From an uncultured Nitrososphaerota archaeon (GTDB lineage: Archaea > Thermoproteota > EX4484-205 > JAAOZO01): DNA of 64,000 bases. The stretch is taken from NCBI GenBank assembly GCA_964408285.1, contig CAYOYV010000001.1, positions 160,001 through 224,000 of the forward strand. Reading direction: 5' to 3'. Positions 57,882 through 64,000 of the stretch are shown here, one piece after another; position 1 is the stretch's first letter; every line of letters starts with the position of its first letter. A program made the translations under genes and the position numbers. The notes beneath the pieces are model-generated. The model made no database searches. It had not been told where the DNA came from and saw only the letters and a list, made by a program, of their open reading frames with translations.

Positions 57882-58979
57882 TTGGGGGAGATTTCGCTGC
57901 CGTATGGCAACACCGATGTATTCTTCACAGTGGAAGCTGATGAGCTGCTGCTGAATAGAAGCCACAGACGGCCAAGACCGACCGCATTTCTATCGGAGGA
58001 AATTCATGAATTGGTGGATTCAGGGAGAAAGGTTGAAATGGCAATAGATGTGAAATTCCTCCTAGACGATGACCTAATCAATTCGCTTTCGCGGATCATT
58101 CATCACTTCAAGGAAAAGGGGGTTACGGTCAGCGCGAAGCTCATAGGGTCAAAGGGACTTGTTCTCTCCCTAAGTGAGGGCATTCTGGGTCGCATTGGTT
58201 TGGAGGAATTACCCACTTGCCAACCTACAGACAACATAGATCTCATATTGGGATTCTTCACCTCGTTTACATTTCTTGATTCTCTAAGGTTGCTCTGCAA
58301 CCTAGGAGTCAAGGAGGGAAGTGGGTTCATCGAGGACTCGATTGCAAAATACATTGAGCATGACGATTCCGAGGCCCTCTCAATTTTCCTTGATTCGGCA
58401 TTTTCGAGCGGATATCAGCTGCCCCCAATAATCTCCATCAGGGATCAGGATGGGGAATACAGAACCAGCATTCTGAGAGACAAGAGATCATTTCAAGAAA
58501 ATCTATCTTCCTGGAGGGGAGAGTCCATGTTGGAACTACCGAAAGATACGAATTGCCTGTTTGCCTCTCTAGGTGGCCAACCAAATGATCTTGTCCCAAG
58601 CCTAGGAATACCATACATGATAGATGTTGCGAACAGGCTTGATCTCGATGCCATGGGTTTTGCCGCCATCTGGAAGCACTCTGCCGCGGACATTGAAATG
58701 CTCCTTTCGAGAATCTCGGGCAGTGAGGAAACAGAATCAGGGTTGGAAGCCAAAACGCCATGGCAGAAAGTCATGGCGAATATGATCAAGGCGAAGAAGC
58801 CTGGCAAGAAGGTAAGACTTCTCACGTCCTTGCATCCTCTGGTGGTTGACAAAGTACTTGGTTGGAAGGCTACCTCAAGCGCGAACGAAACAATAGTCTC
58901 TCTAAGGAGAGCCGTTGAAACAAGACTGAGGCTTTGCGCTGTCGGAGATATCACCAACAATCGCCCGTCGAGAGCCTAG
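57882..58979 (+). CDS. Hypothetical protein with LarA-like N-terminus
   Basis: TTG 57882 after TTTAATAAA; ISLPYGNTDV start and SLGGQPND motif. Confidence 0.55.
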   Translation: MGEISLPYGNTDVFFTVEADELLLNRSHRRPRPTAFLSEEIHELVDSGRKVEMAIDVKFLLDDDLINSLSRIIHHFKEKGVTVSAKLIGSKGLVLSLSEGILGRIGLEELPTCQPTDNIDLILGFFTSFTFLDSLRLLCNLGVKEGSGFIEDSIAKYIEHDDSEALSIFLDSAFSSGYQLPPIISIRDQDGEYRTSILRDKRSFQENLSSWRGESMLELPKDTNCLFASLGGQPNDLVPSLGIPYMIDVANRLDLDAMGFAAIWKHSAADIEMLLSRISGSEETESGLEAKTPWQKVMANMIKAKKPGKKVRLLTSLHPLVVDKVLGWKATSSANETIVSLRRAVETRLRLCAVGDITNNRPSRA

Positions 58980-60061
58980 ATTCTAGTGAACGACACTAGA
59001 AGAATCGCAAGAGCCCCGATGACCTTCAGTTTTGAATTGATGGAGAGGCCGCTCACGTCGTCCAATGATCCTGGGTGCTCCCTGAATTCCCACGTAATGA
59101 GGACTAGGAGGGCCATGAGCCAAAAACCAAAGAAGAAAAGCACCGCTGCCGAAATGGCAGTGAAGATCATATGCAGTTTGCCTCCCAGAACGGCTCTCGC
59201 GATATGGCCACCATCCAGTTGCCCTCCCGGAAACAGGTTTATGAACGTGACAAGGAATCCCAACCACATCGGTAATCCTAGGACTCCCAGAACAGGAGCA
59301 AATCCCTCCATCCTGGGCAACAGGAGAGTTGAGACGATCTGCACGAAAGGTTGCACCTCCACGAATTGACCTCCTATCTGAGCTTCCAGACCAGGAATGG
59401 CTTCCAGTGGGATCATAAGAGCAGATCTGACTGCGAAATAGGTGACTATCATCGTCCCGATGAAGCCGTAGAAAGGGCCTGAAAATCCAATATCGACCAA
59501 CTCATCCCGATTCCTCGGTATTGCATTCTGCAGGATAACGGCCCCGAAAGTCGGGATCATGCCGGGAATCCCCGGAATGAAATAGGGTCCCCTTGTCGGG
59601 ATTCCAAGTTTCATCGAAGCTATCCTATGGCCTAATTCGTGCAGTCCGAATAGAACCAGAAAGGCAAAAACGTAGATAACTAGATCTGTGACGAGGGATC
59701 CCTCGGCGCCACCTGCAAGCTCAAGCGTCCTAAGTATCGGGTACCTCAGCAAGAAATCGGCACCAACCGTGATGCTTGTGAGAATCAGGGAACCCAATAT
59801 CCATGGCAAGTCATTGCTCGTCTGGCTAGGAAATCCTCCTGGTATGATTGAAAGCCTGACCTTGCCGTCAATCATTCTCAGGAGAGGGAGATATCCCCTT
59901 TCCCTCAGACTGTCATACAGTCTGAGGAAGCTTGTCTTTGTGGCCTCGTTTCTCACCACGAAGCTAATTCCTTCTGGAGCTGGCAGGAATTCGATCACCT
60001 CAAATCCACTCTGCGTCACGAGATCGGCAAGGTCAGACCCTAACATTACCCGTTCTGCCAC
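58976..60061 (-). CDS. Site-2 protease (M50)
   Basis: HELGH, PYFIP, TFGAVI, GP, NLFPGGQLDGGH. Confidence 0.93.
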   Translation of the reverse strand: MAERVMLGSDLADLVTQSGFEVIEFLPAPEGISFVVRNEATKTSFLRLYDSLRERGYLPLLRMIDGKVRLSIIPGGFPSQTSNDLPWILGSLILTSITVGADFLLRYPILRTLELAGGAEGSLVTDLVIYVFAFLVLFGLHELGHRIASMKLGIPTRGPYFIPGIPGMIPTFGAVILQNAIPRNRDELVDIGFSGPFYGFIGTMIVTYFAVRSALMIPLEAIPGLEAQIGGQFVEVQPFVQIVSTLLLPRMEGFAPVLGVLGLPMWLGFLVTFINLFPGGQLDGGHIARAVLGGKLHMIFTAISAAVLFFFGFWLMALLVLITWEFREHPGSLDDVSGLSINSKLKVIGALAILLVSFTRI

Positions 60062-60120
60062 CTCAATAGACTAATATCTCTATCCATATTCCAAAACCGC
60101 GGAGACTGAGTCACCGCGTA

Positions 60121-60606
60121 TTGATAGACGTTCTTATAAGGAAAGCCAGACCCGAAGACCTGATTCATGTTGTCGGAATAAACAGGAATGCACTTCCCGA
60201 GAATTACTCCCCTGAATTCTTCAGCTCGCTGTTGGAAGAACATGGGGAGTATTTCCTAGTCGCGGAGCGTGAAGGTCATCTGATCGGATACGTAATGTGT
60301 AGAATCGAGACTGGTTTCTCCTTCTCTCCAAGTCTCCAATCCCCACTTCATCCGAGGGGTCATATCGTAAGCCTTGCCGTAGATTCCGTTCACAGACGTA
60401 AAGGCATCGGAGAGGCTCTGATGCTCGCAACTTTGGCAGAGATGAGAAAGCATGGCTTAAAGGAGTCCTATCTGGAAGTTCGAGTTGACAACACTGCGGC
60501 AATAGCGGCGTATGAGAAGCTTGGCTACAAGAAATCCAAGAAGATTGATCTTTATTATGCAGATGGCACATCTGCATACGTTATGACGATTGACCTCCAG
60601 TCCTGA
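60121..60606 (+). CDS. N-terminal acetyltransferase (Ard1/RimI)
   Basis: LPENY, GYVMCRIE, GHIVSLAV...RRKGIG, YLEVRVDN, YYADG. Confidence 0.92.
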   Translation: MIDVLIRKARPEDLIHVVGINRNALPENYSPEFFSSLLEEHGEYFLVAEREGHLIGYVMCRIETGFSFSPSLQSPLHPRGHIVSLAVDSVHRRKGIGEALMLATLAEMRKHGLKESYLEVRVDNTAAIAAYEKLGYKKSKKIDLYYADGTSAYVMTIDLQS

Positions 60607-60717
60607 AGATGATTGATTGCTGGAGGCTGGCTTGGCTCAGTTCGACCAACGCGCGTCCAATGATCTGAATCTGCTCATACAGACCGACGCAATGCAAGAA
60701 TCGAGTAATAGCTCAAT

Positions 60718-60972
60718 CTACGCGCTTGGCAAGAGGTCGTCTATGGGTATGTCAAGGAAGGAATTGTCCGGGAGCGTCCTTCTCAGAGTCAACGGCAATG
60801 CCCTCGACTCCAGCTCATGTGTGGCTATCATAAGTGGATCCCATTTCTCGGTTTCGTCCACTGAAACGAGTGGAGGAGCACCGAGATTGAGTTGCAGAGC
60901 TCTCAAGCCTATTATCCTTGCCCTTTCGAATTTCGTCAGCCTCTTCGGAAAAATCCCGGTGCCAGTATCCAA
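60718..60972 (-). CDS. rpoK: RNA polymerase subunit Rpo6/K
   Basis: [30 protein letters not shown]. Confidence 0.95.
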   Translation of the reverse strand: MDTGTGIFPKRLTKFERARIIGLRALQLNLGAPPLVSVDETEKWDPLMIATHELESRALPLTLRRTLPDNSFLDIPIDDLLPSA

Positions 60973-60989
60973 GAGGACTCTTGCCTTCC

Positions 60990-62588
60990 CTAGTATCCGC
61001 TCTCTTGGTTTTCTTTTCCCGGTGGAGCCTTGAATTTGGCAACGGCGGTTATTCTATCGATCCTAAGAAGTGCGATGGCAGTGTCTACGGCTCCCGAGAG
61101 CGTAGACCTCTTGAGCGACAATGGTTCCAATATCCCGGCTGAAGTGGCATCAACCATGTCCTTCTCCAACTCCCCAGTTCCTATGTTCGGATTTCCTGAG
61201 TTGTGGATTGCCCTGAGCTTGGTCAATGTTTCGTCCGGATCCTTTCCTGAATTCGAAGCCAAAGAAGCAGGAATGCTCTCCATTGACCTAAGAAAAGCCT
61301 CAATAGCAAGGGCTGGTTTTCCGGCCTGCTTGGAGGAGAGGCCCTTCAGCTGTCTGGCAATCTCCAGTTCGGTGGCCCCAGCTCCTGGCACGACTTTGCA
61401 GTCGGTGAATGCCATCCGGAGGGCGTTCAGAGCCTTTTTCGTCATCCTCTCAGCCTCCCCCACTATCTTATCGTTCGCGCCTCTGAAGATCAGATTGACT
61501 GCTTTCGTCTTCGCGCCTGTGTTCACGAAAACCCACTTCTCGTCTCCCACTCTCCTCTCTTCGACGAGCTTGGCGTTGCCGAGGACTGACTCGTCCAATT
61601 CATCAATGTTCGTTGTGATCTTGGCGCCAGTTGCCAGACTCAACTTGTCCATGTCCGACTTCTTTATTCTCCTCACCGCCTGTATGTTGTCCTTGGCCAA
61701 GAGGTACTGAACTAGGTCATCGATTCCCTTCTGACAGAGCACTACATTGGCACCTGAACTCTTGATCTTTTCTACCATCTCCTTGAGGGATTCCTGTTCT
61801 TGGTCCATGAATCGGGTCAGCATAGAGGGATCCTTGAATTTCATCTTCCCGTCGTATTCCGTCTTCCTCAATTCTAGACTCTGATCTATCAAGGCTATCT
61901 TGGGATTCTTCAGTAGTTTCGGCATGGCTGGATGCACGAGTTCTTTATCGAGAGCGATTCCCTCAAGCAATTTCGTTTCGAACATCACTTCGCCTCCCTT
62001 CTTGTCCAGCTTTATCCTATCTAGATCGAGCTTTGTGCCCTCTCTTGCCTTCGTCGCCGCCTCCACAGCGATCTCTGCTAGCACCTCTCTTTCCTTTCTA
62101 GACAGTGAACCGGTGATCGCTGTCTTTGCTATCAGAAAGAGAGTCTTCCGGTCAGTTGGTTTGAAGGATTTTGCACTCTTTTCGAGAACCTCGATTGCCT
62201 TCCTCAGGGATTCACCATAGCTTTGCTCTACAATGGATGCATGAATCCCCTGTCTCTGAAGAGCGATGCCTTGCTCGAGCAGCTCACTGGCCAGAATGAC
62301 CATGCTTGTCACACCATCCCCGACTTCCTTGTTCATGGCCTTGGCTAGCTCCACGAGTATCTTCGCAACCGGATGTTCAATGTCCACCTCCTCCAAGACA
62401 GTGGCCCCACTGCTTGTGACCGTGACGTCTCCGAAGGTGTCCATTATCAGCTTGAACTTCCCATGTGGGCCAAGAACCGGTCTTAAGGCCCCGCCCAAGA
62501 CCTGTGCTGCAACCAGAATGTGCTGTCTGACCTCATCTTCACCTCTCTCTGAAGAGCCCTCTTTGAGAACAATAATGGGAGTGCTCAT
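60990..62588 (-). CDS. Thermosome (group II chaperonin) subunit with degenerate ATPase motifs
   Basis: [37 protein letters not shown]. Confidence 0.92.
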   Translation of the reverse strand: MSTPIIVLKEGSSERGEDEVRQHILVAAQVLGGALRPVLGPHGKFKLIMDTFGDVTVTSSGATVLEEVDIEHPVAKILVELAKAMNKEVGDGVTSMVILASELLEQGIALQRQGIHASIVEQSYGESLRKAIEVLEKSAKSFKPTDRKTLFLIAKTAITGSLSRKEREVLAEIAVEAATKAREGTKLDLDRIKLDKKGGEVMFETKLLEGIALDKELVHPAMPKLLKNPKIALIDQSLELRKTEYDGKMKFKDPSMLTRFMDQEQESLKEMVEKIKSSGANVVLCQKGIDDLVQYLLAKDNIQAVRRIKKSDMDKLSLATGAKITTNIDELDESVLGNAKLVEERRVGDEKWVFVNTGAKTKAVNLIFRGANDKIVGEAERMTKKALNALRMAFTDCKVVPGAGATELEIARQLKGLSSKQAGKPALAIEAFLRSMESIPASLASNSGKDPDETLTKLRAIHNSGNPNIGTGELEKDMVDATSAGILEPLSLKRSTLSGAVDTAIALLRIDRITAVAKFKAPPGKENQESGY

Positions 62589-62680
62589 TTCTGATTATCC
62601 TCACACGATTTTCATACTTCACTTTTGCCGGATATTAACCTTTTGTTCAAATCTTGGGGGGAAAGGCATAGACTACTAGG

Positions 62681-62896
62681 CTATTGACTCTCTCCCATGA
62701 GATAGCTGACCTGAGCTAGTCTGTCCATGACTTCAACGAATTCACGCTCAATGTCGTGCTTTCTCTTCTCATATTCATCCGACGAGATTTCGGCATTGTT
62801 CTTCCTCTCTTGTAGAGCTTCGAATTCCTTCTCCAACCTCTTCTTCTCGGCGAGCAATCTATCCTTCTCCTGCTCGACTCCGGGGGGCCTCATCAT
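62681..62896 (-). CDS. Small coiled-coil hypothetical protein
   Basis: EISSDEYEKRKHDIEREFVEVMDRLAQ (SHOCT-like). Confidence 0.65.
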   Translation of the reverse strand: MMRPPGVEQEKDRLLAEKKRLEKEFEALQERKNNAEISSDEYEKRKHDIEREFVEVMDRLAQVSYLMGESQ

Positions 62897-62960
62897 GAGC
62901 TTGATTTCAACGCGCGCGAAATAGAGATAAAAATGTTGGCTCTGGATTATCAGCATCACA

Positions 62961-63323
62961 TTGGAGAATCAATTGAGGATCAAGCTCCATTTTCAGCCCG
63001 GTCCAGAGATGACGGGTACAATAATGAGGCATCTTTCTCCAAGAACATTCACGAGGTTTGTGAATTCGCTGCCCTTGCAGGGAGCAACCAAGAGGGAGGG
63101 GCCCATGATACTGGGTCTAGTGAACATAGATGCCCCTTTCGACAAAACAAAGGAAGACTTCCAAGCAGGCGAACTCGCATATGATCCGAGAAGCAGGGCT
63201 TTGTGTGTCTTCGCTGAAAATGGAGGAATGCTGAAGATGGTCCCCTTGGGGAAGATTGATGACCCTAGCCTATTGCGCTACGTCAGGGACGGCGCTTGGC
63301 TGCTGGTCGGTCGAATTCAATGA
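62961..63323 (+). CDS. Cyclophilin-like fold (DUF369-like) protein
   Basis: RHLSPRT...LPL...GELAYDP...LCVF...LGKI. Confidence 0.75.
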   Translation: MENQLRIKLHFQPGPEMTGTIMRHLSPRTFTRFVNSLPLQGATKREGPMILGLVNIDAPFDKTKEDFQAGELAYDPRSRALCVFAENGGMLKMVPLGKIDDPSLLRYVRDGAWLLVGRIQ

Positions 63324-63617
63324 ATAGACGGGTTGACCGTTGAACGATGAGATTCTGGACAGAAGACCCTCCTTCTCAAATCTCCTAAGGGTTCTCTTTG
63401 CCTCTCCAGGACTCATCGAACCTAGCTCTACAACCGATTGGGGAGTGATCGCACCTAGGCCCCTTATTTTCCCGAAAAGCTCTGAGGGATTGGGTTCTAT
63501 CGCAGAGAAAGAGATTCTCTGTCTGCGCTCCTCCGGTCTCTTTCTCTCCTTTCTTTCGTCCTCCCTCTTCTGAGCCCTTTCTATCTGGGCGAGGCTGGGC
63601 TTTTTTCCTCCTCCCAT
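63270..63617 (-). CDS. rps25e: 30S ribosomal protein S25e
   Basis: MGGGKKPSLAQ..., ITP, AKRTLRRFEKEGLL, VY. Confidence 0.8.
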   Translation of the reverse strand: MGGGKKPSLAQIERAQKREDERKERKRPEERRQRISFSAIEPNPSELFGKIRGLGAITPQSVVELGSMSPGEAKRTLRRFEKEGLLSRISSFNGQPVYSLNSTDQQPSAVPDVAQ

Positions 63618-63731
63618 GTTCCGCCGGATGTTCACAATCGGATTTAAGTCTTTCCACCGCAAATCGTGCCAAACGAAAGAGATTTATCTGATTGGATTCA
63701 GCCTAAAGTCGAAACACGAGGACTTAGGAAA

Positions 63732-64000
63732 TTGAGGCGGGACCCCCTGTCAGAAACTCGCATAACCGTAGGCGACATAATGAGCTCTCCAGTATATTCT
63801 CTTCCGAAGACCGAAACCGTGACGACGGCCGCAATGGAGATGGAGCTACGCGGAATCGGAAGCATTTTGGTAGCAAATTCATCCGGAAAGACGGTGGGGA
63901 TCATAACAGAGAGAGACATAATAACAAGAGTGATAGCAAAAGGAAAAGATCCCAGCAATTCGAAGTTGGAGGAAGTCATGTCCTCGCCGCTTGTCAAGAT
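63732..64000 (+). CDS. CBS-domain protein, runs off the window
   Basis: Manual translation gives VGDIMSSPV...IGSILV...VGIITERDIITRV...EVMSSPLV. Confidence 0.88.
   Translation, partial: MRRDPLSETRITVGDIMSSPVYSLPKTETVTTAAMEMELRGIGSILVANSSGKTVGIITERDIITRVIAKGKDPSNSKLEEVMSSPLVK

Noticed and set aside
60609-60668. Possible C/D box sRNA between the acetyltransferase and rpoK
   Set aside because: No D'/C' pair at the expected spacing.
332-63997. Numerous ORF-track entries antisense to or nested in real genes (e.g. 332-1036, 9557-10201, 20273-20887, 43823-44506, 61030-61710, 63698-63997)
   Set aside because: Ser/Ile/Phe-rich shadow frames of recognisable genes on the other strand, with no motifs of their own.
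1-64000. tRNA/rRNA genes, CRISPR arrays, transposases, integrases, inteins
   Set aside because: None seen by eye. Cdc48, PpsA, ligase, Smc and Lhr have normal lengths with no intein-like insertions. A tRNAscan/Infernal run would be needed to exclude small RNAs.

Overview
Gene-dense archaeal chromosome segment of TACK/Thermoproteota type, inferred from the rps8e-srp19-gar1-tfb-rpc34 cluster, rps25e, Cdc48, thermosome, arcadin-1-like and CdvA-like genes. It carries about 70 mostly housekeeping CDSs, and I saw no tRNA, rRNA, CRISPR array or mobile element. The standout is CTP synthase (pyrG). Its N-terminal GGVLSSxGKG motif is split by a 23-nt insert (44628-44650) that folds into a canonical bulge-helix-bulge (BHB) motif. 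Cutting at the standard tRNA-splicing-endonuclease positions restores the frame and the motif GGVLSSVGKG, so this is a candidate tRNA-type mRNA intron in a core metabolic gene. Other notable items: an SMC5/6-like (ClsN/arcadin-4 type) ATPase with kleisin-like and kite-like partners, alongside a canonical Smc-ScpAB; a NagZ/AmiE/GlmA-like cluster suggesting scavenging of bacterial peptidoglycan; a thermosome paralogue lacking both catalytic aspartates; a probable non-canonical start codon; and several micro-ORFs missing from the ORF track. All family assignments come from motif recognition by eye, with no database searches run.
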